49,514 bases of DNA from Calditrichia bacterium (GCA_050633245.1 JBOEGD010000036.1:414-49927), one strand, 5' to 3'. Positions 1 through 9,322 are shown, counted from the first letter of the stretch. Notes: generated from the letters alone by a model not told the origin. Numbers and translations are program-made.

Positions 1-453
1 ATTTTGCTTACGCAAGACTGGGAGGAGAATGGTGAAGCGATTACAAAAAAGCACCTCGAATTCTGGAACGACTGGCCGGATAATCCTTCTTACCCGGTTA
101 TCTGTTGCATTATGGTGAAATATAAGGATAGTAGCACTGAAGGTTTTTTCCGTCGCCGTAAGATTAATCAAGTCAATAAGGCGCTGAAAGAATATCTTGA
201 GAGGTTGAACTTTGCCAACTACACCCGTATAAATGGCGTAGTATTACCAGAACTGACATCTCTACAAAGGCAGGATGTAGAAGAATGGGCCGGCAGCAGG
301 GAAGTGAAGGAATGTTGTGATTGGCAAGGACTGCTTAAGGACGTCAAGGCACTTTACGATCGTCCTGAAATCGCCGGAAAAAACGGTGAGATTTGCATGG
401 AACTGCTTGGCGAAGAGCTGTCCGATTTGTTAGAGAAACACCGGCTATCTTGA
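1..453 (+). CDS. C-terminal part (5'-truncated) of probable inactive-STAND (iSTAND)-type component of a MoxR-vWA ternary system
   Basis: Frame is open from the window edge. 'EFWNDWP...ICCIMVKY...LPELTSLQRQDVEEW' resembles the iSTAND C-terminal pattern, and the gene lies directly upstream of MoxR and vWA genes. Family call is from recalled motifs plus context. Confidence 0.6.
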   Translation: MLLTQDWEENGEAITKKHLEFWNDWPDNPSYPVICCIMVKYKDSSTEGFFRRRKINQVNKALKEYLERLNFANYTRINGVVLPELTSLQRQDVEEWAGSREVKECCDWQGLLKDVKALYDRPEIAGKNGEICMELLGEELSDLLEKHRLS

Positions 454-512
454 GGCAGTGAAGCAGAAACAAAAGTGAGAAACGAAGGTGAGAGATTAAG
501 GGCAGAATCAAT

Positions 513-566
513 ACTTTTCACTTTTTAACTCGGAACTCGGAACTCAGAACTCAGAACTCAGAACTT
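513..566 (+). repeat. Composite heptamer tandem repeat: CACTTTT-like units followed by (AACTCGG)2(AACTCAG)3
   Basis: Read directly: acttttcactttt then aactcgg aactcgg aactcag aactcag aactcag aactt (527-566). Confidence 0.9.
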
Positions 567-595
567 AATAAATTGAACTTTAAACGGAACGCATT

Positions 596-1585
596 ATGTC
601 GACAGAATTTTATAGCGGTAACGCAAAGCAACGCCCCGAAAAGCCTGCCAACCTGCCGGTTATCGATATCAATAAACGCAATCATCCCGCCGGCTATTTG
701 CCCGACCCCGGACTGGTCGATGCAGTTAATGTGGCCCTGACGCTCGGACAACCCCTATTGCTAACCGGTGAGCCTGGAACAGGTAAAACCCAACTTGCCT
801 ATAGTATGGCTTGGGAGCTAGGGTTAAAAATGCCGTTGAAGTTTGAAACAAAATCAACTAGTGTTGCAAAGGATCTGTTCTATACCTTTGACACGGTTGG
901 ACGCTTCTATGCGGCTCAAACCGGAGAGGGCAGTAAGAATCCACTTGACTATATTCGCTTCAATGCTTTGGGAACGGCATTGATTCGCGCCAGTGATGAC
1001 GCTATTGCCGCAAAGTTTTTGCCTGCTGCACAACGCGGAATGCCTCAACGCTCTATTGTGTTGATTGATGAAATTGACAAGGCGCCACGCGACTTTCCAA
1101 ATGACATCCTGAATGAAATTGAAGGCATGTATTTCAAAATACCGGAGGCCGGTAACTTGCAGATTGCCCCCGGCCCGACACATCGACCTGTTGTCATTCT
1201 TACCAGTAATTCCGAGAAGCACTTGCCAGACGCCTTTTTGCGTCGCTGTGCATTTTATCATATCCCATTTCCTGATGAAACGCGACTTCAGCAGATTGTT
1301 AGATCACGACTTGGACAGTATGCAGCAGATACAGCTCCGATGATAAACGACGCATTGGCATTGTTTAAACGCCTGCGTGATCCCGGAAGTGGCCTGCGCA
1401 AAAAACCGGCAACAGCTGAGCTGCTTGGCTGGTTGGCAGCGCTAAAAGTTGCTGCGCCAAATGAAAATCCTTTTCGAAGTAACCCGGAGGCGGTACTGAA
1501 GACGCTTAGTAGTTTGGTGAAAACTGCTGATGATCAAAAGAGCGTTAGCGCCATGGTTCGCGAGTGGCTGGGAACATTGCGTTAA
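596..1585 (+). CDS. MoxR-family AAA+ ATPase (ternary-system type)
   Basis: Walker A GEPGTGKT, Walker B VLIDEIDKA, 'RDFPNDILNE', sensor 'TSNSEKHLPDAFLRRC', 'KKPATAELLGW'. Confidence 0.92.
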   Translation: MSTEFYSGNAKQRPEKPANLPVIDINKRNHPAGYLPDPGLVDAVNVALTLGQPLLLTGEPGTGKTQLAYSMAWELGLKMPLKFETKSTSVAKDLFYTFDTVGRFYAAQTGEGSKNPLDYIRFNALGTALIRASDDAIAAKFLPAAQRGMPQRSIVLIDEIDKAPRDFPNDILNEIEGMYFKIPEAGNLQIAPGPTHRPVVILTSNSEKHLPDAFLRRCAFYHIPFPDETRLQQIVRSRLGQYAADTAPMINDALALFKRLRDPGSGLRKKPATAELLGWLAALKVAAPNENPFRSNPEAVLKTLSSLVKTADDQKSVSAMVREWLGTLR

Positions 1586-1595
1586 GCGATTAATC

Positions 1596-4500
1596 ATGAA
1601 CGATACCTCTATTACATCACTGGTCTACGTGCTACAAGAGGCTGGTTTCTCCGTTGGAATTGAGCAAATCGTTGCTGCTCAGGATCTGCTTTTATTGCTG
1701 GCAGCAGAAGACAATCTTAATGACGCGCGAGGATTACAAACCCGACTTGCTCCGATCTTCTGCCAGAACCTGCGAGAGCAAAAGCAATTTTACCAAATTT
1801 TTCAGGCTTGGCAAAAAGACTTTCTGCCACAAAAAAAATCGCGAGAGGGTGTTGAAGTTTCTGAAGCTGAAACTGAACCGACAGACTTGGAACAATGGGG
1901 GAGATTTAGCGATCCCAAACTATGGCTCGCGGTAGGACTTACACTCGCACTGCTTGGTGGTTTGATCTATGAGAACCTCATTCGTAAACCTGTTTACCCA
2001 CTTATTTCTCTAAAAGGTGTTGTTGCTGATACCAGCTCAATACCGATTCCGTTCGCAGAGATCAGTCTGTCCGGCATTACGCCAGATTATATCAGTAGCG
2101 ATAGCAGCGGTCGGTTCGAGATTATTCACCCGCAAAAAGATGAGAATGCAACTCTCTATGCCCGCGCAGTTGACAAAGAAAATGGCTTTATAAATGTTTC
2201 CCTCGCGCATTCCCCGGATACTCTTTTTGTCGTCGTTCTGAAAGCAACCAGTCGGCCCACGCCTACTCCTCCTCCCTTGTCAAATCAGGTGACAGAGCTG
2301 CGAGAAATTGTGCTTCAAATAAATTCTCTTTCAGATAGCCTGACACTTGCTGGACAGCTAACACCGTTTCAACGCTATTATAAAAGCTATTATCACTTTC
2401 TACGCTTGGGTGCGCTGCTTCTACCTCTCTTCTTCCTGTTGGGCTGGTACCTGCTTAACCGTTATCGTCGCAAATTGATCCTGGAGCGGCGCTCGACGCG
2501 TGAGAAACCTCTGTTGGAACGGTTAATGATTGCCGGAACAGGTAAGGAGCTCTTTCGCAACCTAAGCTTCCGTCGTACCGTGAGAGAGATGCGTAAACAC
2601 CGCGAGGTTGCCTCTCTATCGCTTAATGCCGATAAAACGATAAATGCCACGATGGACGCTGGTGGTCTCTTCACGCCCGTTTACGGAGTGCGTAATGCTT
2701 CTCCAGAATACTTAATCCTAATCGATCGGGCCAGCTTCAAAGATCATCAGGCAAAGTTTGTCGATAGTATGACCGATGAGCTGCGTAGCGAGGGAGTTTT
2801 TGTCGATCGCTATTATTTTGATTCCGACGCGCGCTACTGTTATCCCGAAGACATACACAGCAACCCAATTCACCTCTTCGAGCTAGGTGCAAGACATGCA
2901 CAACATCGCCTAATCGTTTTTGGAGATGCGAATGGTTTCTTCAACCCGGTAAATCATCATATCCTGCCTTGGGTGGAACTGTTTCAGGGATGGAAAGAGC
3001 GCGTCCTGCTTACGCCGGAAAAGTTGCCGGGCTGGGGATTTCGGGAATGGACAATTGCCGCACAGGATTTTCAGGTATATCCGGCAAATCGCGCTGGCTT
3101 GCACACCTTTATTGAATCAACTCAGAGTATTGGCATTCCGGAAATTCCAAACAGCGGAGACTATCGCCCTTTTCCACCCTTACTGGAAGCACATACGCTG
3201 CGTTGGCTGGAACGCGATCCGCCAAGAGCCAAACAATTGCTTCGATTGCTTGAACAACTGCATACCTATTTGGATAAAGATGGTTTGTATTGGCTGGCAG
3301 CCTGTGCCGCCTATCCGGAGTTGAACTGGGCTCTGACGCTATCGTTTGGTATGTTGTTGAGAGCGGAAGACGGGCATCGCTTGCTCAGTGAAGATCGCCT
3401 ACTGTCTATCTCCAGACTTCCCTGGTTTCGACATGGTTATATGCCGGACTGGCTGCGAATTGAACTTCTTGCCATGCTGGAGCATTCGCAGGAAAAACGT
3501 ATTCGTTTAGCACTGAAAGATATGCTGCTTAGTGCCGTTGCAAATCCCGGCAGCTCGCCAATCGAAATAGCCCGTTCGTCGTCTTCGGACTCGTCGCGAA
3601 TACGCGGCTTATTGCGATCGATGCTTCAAAAGGCAGAGCCCGGAACACCACCCAGAGACTATGTTTTTCTTAGCTTCCTTTCCGGAAGCCAACCGGATCA
3701 GCTGACCCCGTTGGTTCCGCGATTACTGCGAAAGCTATTCTATACGCGAGGATATTCAGCACTCGGTCTTCGCCCATCGGTCATTGCTCTTGGAACGTTT
3801 CTCATTGCTGGTGTCGGAACGTTGGTGCTAATGCTATTCCCACCCGAGCATCCGGAACTACCGTTGGTGCCTCGCTTCGACACAATTGAGCAGATGAAAG
3901 ACATCGACAGAGCTTTCAATGATCAAAATACAAATCAGATGAATCAACAGGAACGCTCTGAATATGTGGCCTTATCCGGCCCCGGGGCAATGCAGGTTGA
4001 ACAGCAGCCAACTGCTAACTTGAAAATTGACGATATTTCTCCGGTAACAAAATATCCACCTGAAATGAAGTTGGCGGTATCCTTTGGGTTAAGTGAGCAG
4101 TCTTTAGTCGCGATACTGCAAAATTATTTTGATCATCAGCCACTACCGGCGGTATTGCAGAACAATCCTGACGAAGCACAGATGGCTAAGGATATGTTCT
4201 TTGGTGAAGATAAAGTTACCCTTCAAGAGGCAATTAACAAGAACTCAGGTCCGCCGGCTGGCGGATTTGTCCCGGACATCCGCTTTTATCATGGTGAAAT
4301 TAGTCGTGAGTTATTAAGGCTTTATGAGTACTGGTTGAAAACAAAGCTGTTGGAAAAGGCAATGATTGATACATCTTCCTTTAACCTTTATATGCCGCCA
4401 TTTTACGACAGTGAAGGATTGGAATCCAATCCCGTAAACAACATTTCTTGTCCGCCGTTTTGCCCGGTTGGCCCCCTCGCGCCACTTACGGACAATAGGG

Positions 4501-5801
4501 CTTCTGCAAATCGTGTTGTTAGAAATCCGAGTCAATCCGATATATTTGTTATGTGGCGAGAGCGTCCGATGTATTTAATCGTGAAAGAAAGGGAAGTGCA
4601 AACAGATCCGTCGATTACACGTTCAACGCTGCAGTTGCCTCTGCGCACACAGCCGATTGAAGGATTGACCGAACCGCAGACAACGCCAATGATTCAGCAA
4701 AACGACTTCTTCGATTTTTACAAAAATCCGGATGGCAGGGGAGTGGCAAATAGTTTTGAAAGGCGCAACACGCGTAATGGTGAGTACGTCATCGATAATG
4801 CGACCGGTTTGACCTGGTTACAAAAAGCTTCGCCGCGGTTTTATCAGAATCAAATCGATACATATTTACTAAAAGCCCGGGATGGACGGGAGGCTGGCTA
4901 TCGCGATTGGCGCATTCCGACTCTGGAAGAACTTATGACGCTGCTGGAACCGACAAAATCCGGCAATTTTTATCTTGATCCGATTTTTGTTGAGGGTAAC
5001 CCGGACATGGAGTTTGTCTGGAGTAGCGACTATGGTTTTATTGTGGACTTCTATAATGGCTACTCGTACAAGGAAAGCGCACGCGATCAGGCGGTTTTAT
5101 TGTTGGTACGATCTACCGATGGCGCAAGTGCAGGGACATCTAATCAGGAGGCCGATGCTGCCACAGGTACAGCGCCACCGCAACAACAGCAACAAAGTAA
5201 TGTATCGAGTAATGTGGGTGATAGGAATAGCAATGGGGATCCCGAGCCACTGGCTACTTATCGTTCAACGCCACAGCAAAATTATACGTTAAATTTGTAT
5301 CGTACTTTTATTCAGGATAAAGATCTGTGGGATCAGCAGGTGAACCCACGCGGTAGAGATTTCCCCGGAAACTTTGTGCGCGAGCAAAATCCAGGCGGAA
5401 CGCCGAAGGGCGCTGCCGGGACAATCTTATTTGATAGAGCCACTGGCTTACGCTGGCAATCCGGAGGAACAGAAAAAATCCCTTTTTCCAGGGCACAGGA
5501 GCATGTGAACCGCTTGAACGAGGCCGGTTATGGTAGGCGAAACGACTGGCGTTTGCCGACATCAGAAGAGCTTGCAATTCTGCTACGTACTGATCCTTCT
5601 TCTGGAAAGCTATTTATTGCGCCGGGATTCGAGCCACAGCAGACGGCGGTTTGGGCTTCAGATATTAGTCCTGAGAATGGCTATTTTATTATGTCCTTTG
5701 AAGAGGGCACGCTTAAAATGGCTGCAATAGGTAGTGAGGTGGCAAGCGTGCGGGCAGTGGCTGGTCCGGTTAGGATAACTCCTCCGGCCACAGCGAATTG
5801 A
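1596..5801 (+). CDS. Membrane-spanning vWA-like MoxR partner with carboxypeptidase-regulatory-like Ig domain and two C-terminal DUF1566 (Lcl) domains
   Basis: Likely ATG at 1596; the ORF-track start at 1530 overlaps moxR. N-terminal 'LQEAGFSVG..Q...LAPIFC....Q..F' and central 'TINATMDAGG...EYLILIDR...D.YYFD' are typical of MoxR-associated vWA proteins. Three hydrophobic segments are present. Two 'D.ATGL.W...DWR(I/L)PT.EEL...W.S...VR' DUF1566 motifs end the protein. Confidence 0.8.
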   Translation: MNDTSITSLVYVLQEAGFSVGIEQIVAAQDLLLLLAAEDNLNDARGLQTRLAPIFCQNLREQKQFYQIFQAWQKDFLPQKKSREGVEVSEAETEPTDLEQWGRFSDPKLWLAVGLTLALLGGLIYENLIRKPVYPLISLKGVVADTSSIPIPFAEISLSGITPDYISSDSSGRFEIIHPQKDENATLYARAVDKENGFINVSLAHSPDTLFVVVLKATSRPTPTPPPLSNQVTELREIVLQINSLSDSLTLAGQLTPFQRYYKSYYHFLRLGALLLPLFFLLGWYLLNRYRRKLILERRSTREKPLLERLMIAGTGKELFRNLSFRRTVREMRKHREVASLSLNADKTINATMDAGGLFTPVYGVRNASPEYLILIDRASFKDHQAKFVDSMTDELRSEGVFVDRYYFDSDARYCYPEDIHSNPIHLFELGARHAQHRLIVFGDANGFFNPVNHHILPWVELFQGWKERVLLTPEKLPGWGFREWTIAAQDFQVYPANRAGLHTFIESTQSIGIPEIPNSGDYRPFPPLLEAHTLRWLERDPPRAKQLLRLLEQLHTYLDKDGLYWLAACAAYPELNWALTLSFGMLLRAEDGHRLLSEDRLLSISRLPWFRHGYMPDWLRIELLAMLEHSQEKRIRLALKDMLLSAVANPGSSPIEIARSSSSDSSRIRGLLRSMLQKAEPGTPPRDYVFLSFLSGSQPDQLTPLVPRLLRKLFYTRGYSALGLRPSVIALGTFLIAGVGTLVLMLFPPEHPELPLVPRFDTIEQMKDIDRAFNDQNTNQMNQQERSEYVALSGPGAMQVEQQPTANLKIDDISPVTKYPPEMKLAVSFGLSEQSLVAILQNYFDHQPLPAVLQNNPDEAQMAKDMFFGEDKVTLQEAINKNSGPPAGGFVPDIRFYHGEISRELLRLYEYWLKTKLLEKAMIDTSSFNLYMPPFYDSEGLESNPVNNISCPPFCPVGPLAPLTDNRASANRVVRNPSQSDIFVMWRERPMYLIVKEREVQTDPSITRSTLQLPLRTQPIEGLTEPQTTPMIQQNDFFDFYKNPDGRGVANSFERRNTRNGEYVIDNATGLTWLQKASPRFYQNQIDTYLLKARDGREAGYRDWRIPTLEELMTLLEPTKSGNFYLDPIFVEGNPDMEFVWSSDYGFIVDFYNGYSYKESARDQAVLLLVRSTDGASAGTSNQEADAATGTAPPQQQQQSNVSSNVGDRNSNGDPEPLATYRSTPQQNYTLNLYRTFIQDKDLWDQQVNPRGRDFPGNFVREQNPGGTPKGAAGTILFDRATGLRWQSGGTEKIPFSRAQEHVNRLNEAGYGRRNDWRLPTSEELAILLRTDPSSGKLFIAPGFEPQQTAVWASDISPENGYFIMSFEEGTLKMAAIGSEVASVRAVAGPVRITPPATAN

Positions 5802-5806
5802 TTATT

Positions 5807-5858
5807 GATTGGAGCAGGTTTTAGCAAGATTGTAGCAGTTTTCAAAACTGCTACAATC
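5807..5858. repeat. REP-like perfect palindrome (15-bp arms, 5828-5858) preceded by a degenerate copy of its left arm
   Basis: GATTGTAGCAGTTTT-C-AAAACTGCTACAATC, with GATTGGAGCAGGTTTT upstream at 5807. Confidence 0.85.
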
Positions 5859-6007
5859 AATCTATTTTCAAAATTTCGCTCTTTTTTTATAAGTACAAAG
5901 TGAGCCGTCGAGCTCCCAGACTGCTCCATTGTGAGAATGCTCCAGTCTGGCCCGAAAACTTGCGTTTAGTTCATACTAAAAGGGACATTTTTCTTAACCG
6001 CTAGAAT

Positions 6008-6367
6008 CTAGCCGCCTTGCTTCTTTTTAAGGAAAAACAAAAAGGAGAGAAAAAGTAAAAAAACTATTGGGCGAATGATTTCTGCGAATTCCTGATGAAC
6101 AAGGTGCGTCAGCACAGCTCCAAGCATTATGGCTGTTAATGTGATAATCGCGTAATTGAATAGTCGTGGAATAAAGAGTAAAACTGCGGCAGCCAACTCA
6201 ACTAAGCCTATAAGCAAATAGAAGTGTTGTGGAAAGCCCCAGCTGCTAAATTTTGCTATCCATACTTCAGCAGCAAGAAACTTCCCGGCGCCAGCTGCCA
6301 AAAACAATAGCCCCAGAATTATTTGTAAAAGCCAGCTGCCATAGAAACTTATTTTATTAGCGGTCAT
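6008..6367 (-). CDS. DoxX-like small membrane protein
   Basis: Four hydrophobic helices; 'LFLAAGAGKF', 'F..WGFP', 'IGLVELAAA.LL.IP', 'MLGAVLTH'. Confidence 0.85.
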   Translation of the reverse strand: MTANKISFYGSWLLQIILGLLFLAAGAGKFLAAEVWIAKFSSWGFPQHFYLLIGLVELAAAVLLFIPRLFNYAIITLTAIMLGAVLTHLVHQEFAEIIRPIVFLLFLSFLFFLKKKQGG

Positions 6368-6560
6368 GTGGATCTCCCAATTTAACGTTAAAGTTGGCAG
6401 AGCAGGTCAGCATCTTTTGGGCCTGATTTCGCATCAGCCTTTATTCGAAGACTTTCTACTTTTCAACCTTGGCTTAATTTATCTATATTATTAATGTTTT
6501 ACCATAGTGACGATGAGTTGAAAAGACCTGAAGTAAAGCTGAAAGATTCCTCCAATAATT

Positions 6561-6998
6561 ATGAAACCGATAGATAACCGAAATTCTACAGATACCGTTA
6601 AGGTCGGATCCTGGATTATCAATTCTGTTTCTGGGAAACTCTCTGACGGAAAGGGAGGCGAGGTTTATTTAGAACCACGATTGGCAAAGCTTTTTTGCCT
6701 GTTGGGAAAAAATGTCAATACTCTTGTTACAAGGGATGCCTTAGTGGAGGAAGTGTGGAATGAGACGATTGTGAATGAAGAATCACTGACTAAAGCGATT
6801 TCTGATCTGCGCAAAGTGCTAAAAGTAAATTTTGATAACCCGCCGCAAATTATAACCTTGCCAAGACGTGGCTATAAAATGACCATTTCAACTATTCCCT
6901 TCAAGCGCCCTGCTTGGAAAATTGCGTTAATCTATGCTGCCTATTCCGTAATTACTTTTACACTACTTATTTTGGTTATTCGTGGTTTGAATTATTAG
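6561..6998 (+). CDS. Winged-helix (OmpR/PhoB-type, CadC/ToxR-like) transcriptional regulator with C-terminal transmembrane helix
   Basis: 'LEPRLAKL...VTRDALVEEVW...VNEESLTKAISDLRK.L...IITLPRRGY' followed by a hydrophobic C-terminus; no receiver domain. Confidence 0.88.
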   Translation: MKPIDNRNSTDTVKVGSWIINSVSGKLSDGKGGEVYLEPRLAKLFCLLGKNVNTLVTRDALVEEVWNETIVNEESLTKAISDLRKVLKVNFDNPPQIITLPRRGYKMTISTIPFKRPAWKIALIYAAYSVITFTLLILVIRGLNY

Positions 6999-7009
6999 GC
7001 AATTGGAGC

Positions 7010-7083
7010 AGACCGGAGCCGTTTCAAAGAGACCGGAGCAGTTTTCAAAGAGACTGGAGCAGTTTTCAAAACTGCTCCAGTCT
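7010..7083. repeat. REP-like perfect palindrome (16-bp arms, 7051-7083) preceded by two tandem degenerate left-arm copies
   Basis: AGACCGGAGCCGTTTCAAAG / AGACCGGAGCAGTTTTCAAAG / AGACTGGAGCAGTTTT-C-AAAACTGCTCCAGTCT. Confidence 0.88.
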
Positions 7084-7175
7084 GCCGCTCAAAATTGTAA
7101 CTTCCTGATATTTCGTGGATCAAATAATAGTAAGTAGATAAAGTTCAAAAACGGCATAAATGGAAGGAGCACATT

Positions 7176-7574
7176 ATGACTCGGAAAATTCAAAAATCCG
7201 AAGCCGAATTGCGCGAAAAACTCAATGACATTCAGTATAAAGTTACTCAGGAGAAGGGCACAGAGCGTCCCTATACCGGTGAGTTTTATGAGCACAACGA
7301 AGACGGAACTTATACCTGCGTTGTTTGTAATGCAGAACTCTTCAAGTCAGAAACCAAATACGATTCCGGCTGTGGTTGGCCGAGCTTTTATGCGCCGTTG
7401 GATAAAGAGAAGATTGATGAGGAAGTGGATAAAACTCATGGTATGATCCGAACAGAGGTAATGTGCGATGAGTGTGGTGCGCATCTCGGGCATGTCTTTC
7501 CTGATGGACCAGCACCGACCGGCATTCGTTACTGTATTAACTCAGCTTCGCTGGATTTTGTAAAGAAAAAATAG
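7176..7574 (+). CDS. msrB: Peptide-methionine (R)-S-oxide reductase
   Basis: 'GTERPYTG', CVVC, '[11 protein letters not shown]', '[21 protein letters not shown]', 'RYCINSASL'; AAGGAG RBS. Confidence 0.97.
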   Translation: MTRKIQKSEAELREKLNDIQYKVTQEKGTERPYTGEFYEHNEDGTYTCVVCNAELFKSETKYDSGCGWPSFYAPLDKEKIDEEVDKTHGMIRTEVMCDECGAHLGHVFPDGPAPTGIRYCINSASLDFVKKK

Positions 7575-7582
7575 TTTAAAAG

Positions 7583-7629
7583 AGAAGCGAGTGGACTTAT
7601 ATGCTAAGTACCACTCGCTTCTTGTTTTT
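7583..7629. terminator. Probable bidirectional intrinsic terminator between convergent msrB and SSS genes
   Basis: AGAAGCGAGTGG...CCACTCGCTTCT stem, with a T-rich tail on + and an A-rich flank upstream. Confidence 0.8.
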
Positions 7630-7686
7630 CAAAAATAATAATTTTATCCAACTAGCGTCTTACTACTCGCCACTAGCGTCTTGCCT

Positions 7687-9300
7687 CTATCCCGTAAAAT
7701 ACATCCATACAGCAGCTACAGCAATTATAATAAAAGCGGAAATTATGACATCCGTTCGACGCCATGCTGAGTCACCAGTTTCCAATGATTCACCACTTTT
7801 CCAGGTTATGCCATCTGTCTTTTCTGATGCTGGTGCCCGCGCAGTTAAACTGGCAAGTATCAGGACGGTGGAACAAAGTAGAAATAGAAAAACTGCAAAG
7901 TGAAGAAAGTTAATGTCTGCGAAATCGGCGAGAGTCCCTGTTAGGTCTTTTCTAAAGACTTCTGCAACAAGGCGCAGCATACCGACAACAAATCCGCTTG
8001 CCAGTGCAGCAATTGCCCCTCGGCTATTTAATCTTGGAAAGAATATGCCTAAGAGAAATACCGCTGCAATCGGGGGAGATACATAAGCTTGAACTTTTTG
8101 CAGATAAATAAACAATTCTCCCATGTTCTGCATATAAGGAATCCATAGAAGCCCAAGAACCACCAGTAATACAGTTGATAATTGACCAACCCAAACAAGG
8201 TTTCGTTCGCTGGCATCTGGCCGAATTTTCTTATAGATATCCAGAGTGATAAGCGTAGAGGATGAGTTGAATACCGATGAGAGAGAACTCATTAGTGCAG
8301 CAAGCAAGCCTGCAACAACAAGACCGCGTAAGCCAACAGGTAAAATCGCCCCGATAAGTGCCGGGAGGGCTTGATCGGCTTCAGCAACAACCAGATCTCC
8401 ATTTTGAGACATGACGTAGGCAATGATTCCCGGTATAACAAAGATGAACAGTGGAAGTATCTTCAATACGCCGCCAAACAAACTACCGCGACGCGCATTA
8501 TCAACATCTTTGGCAGAAAGCACGCGCTGCACAATAAATTGATCAGTACACCAATACCAAATACCGAGAATGGGTGCGCCAAATATAATGCCGGTCCAAG
8601 GGAACTCAGGATCGCTCATCGGCTTCCACATATTGAGAAAATCTGATCCTGCAACCGCCCTTATTTCACTCCACCCGCCAATGTGCATTAAGCCGAAAAC
8701 CGTTACCGCAATGGAACCTGCAATCAATACAAACATTTGCATTAAATCGGTGTAGATTACAGCTCGTAAACCGCCAAAGACCGTATAAACGCCGGTTCCT
8801 ACGATAACTATGAGAGCACCAACCCAGAAGTTCCAACCAAGTAATGCCTCAAACACGATACCACCGGCAGCTACAGTTACAGCAATTTTTGTAAGTATAT
8901 AGCTTAGGACGGAGATGCCCGCAAGATAATATCTGGCAAGAACAGAATATCTTCGCTCCAGAAACTCCGGCATTGTATAAACGCTGCTTCGTATATAAAA
9001 TGGCACAAAGAACCAGCCAAGAATAAGTAGAATAAGACTGGCTAGGATTTCAAATTGTGCTACAGCAACTCCGCTGCGAAAACCAGTTCCGGCTAATCCA
9101 ACCAAATGCTCAGAGCCTATATTTGATGCAAACAGCGATGCTCCTACAACAAACCAACCTACGTTTTTTCCTGCCAAAAAGTAGCCGGCAGATGTTTCAC
9201 GGGTTTTCGATTCCTGTCTTGTTACGTAAAATGCAATGCCGAAAACGGCAATGAAATACAGTGCGATGACTATCCAGTCAAAGCTTGCCATGACGCTCAT
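7687..9300 (-). CDS. Sodium:solute symporter (SSS/SGLT-like sugar transporter)
   Basis: 'YFLAGK', 'GASLFASNIGSEHLVGLAG', 'TMPEFLERRY', 'WYWCTDQFIVQRVL', 'LAALMSSLSSVFNS'. Confidence 0.95.
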   Translation of the reverse strand: MSVMASFDWIVIALYFIAVFGIAFYVTRQESKTRETSAGYFLAGKNVGWFVVGASLFASNIGSEHLVGLAGTGFRSGVAVAQFEILASLILLILGWFFVPFYIRSSVYTMPEFLERRYSVLARYYLAGISVLSYILTKIAVTVAAGGIVFEALLGWNFWVGALIVIVGTGVYTVFGGLRAVIYTDLMQMFVLIAGSIAVTVFGLMHIGGWSEIRAVAGSDFLNMWKPMSDPEFPWTGIIFGAPILGIWYWCTDQFIVQRVLSAKDVDNARRGSLFGGVLKILPLFIFVIPGIIAYVMSQNGDLVVAEADQALPALIGAILPVGLRGLVVAGLLAALMSSLSSVFNSSSTLITLDIYKKIRPDASERNLVWVGQLSTVLLVVLGLLWIPYMQNMGELFIYLQKVQAYVSPPIAAVFLLGIFFPRLNSRGAIAALASGFVVGMLRLVAEVFRKDLTGTLADFADINFLHFAVFLFLLCSTVLILASLTARAPASEKTDGITWKSGESLETGDSAWRRTDVIISAFIIIAVAAVWMYFTG

Positions 9301-9322
9301 AATATTCTCCTGTGTCTGATTC

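Noticed and set aside
1530-1595. N-terminal extensions given by the ORF track (also 15258-15317, 37245-37271 and 45712-45837)
   Set aside because: They overlap upstream genes, hairpins or repeats; downstream ATGs give better RBS, signal peptides or family-typical N-termini.
5181-5195. CAA/CAG run as a phase-variable repeat
   Set aside because: It is a short in-frame poly-Gln in a low-complexity linker, and triplet slippage would not switch frame.
4700-5801. Diversity-generating retroelement acting on the DUF1566 domains
   Set aside because: No reverse transcriptase, and no near-identical template repeat differing at adenines, was seen in the window. The two DUF1566 copies are highly diverged. 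Remote targeting from elsewhere in the genome cannot be excluded.
7010-7083. Possible mini-CRISPR array (three ~21-bp repeats)
   Set aside because: The repeats are directly adjacent with no unique spacers, end in an inverted copy, and no cas genes are present; a REP-like palindrome explains them better.
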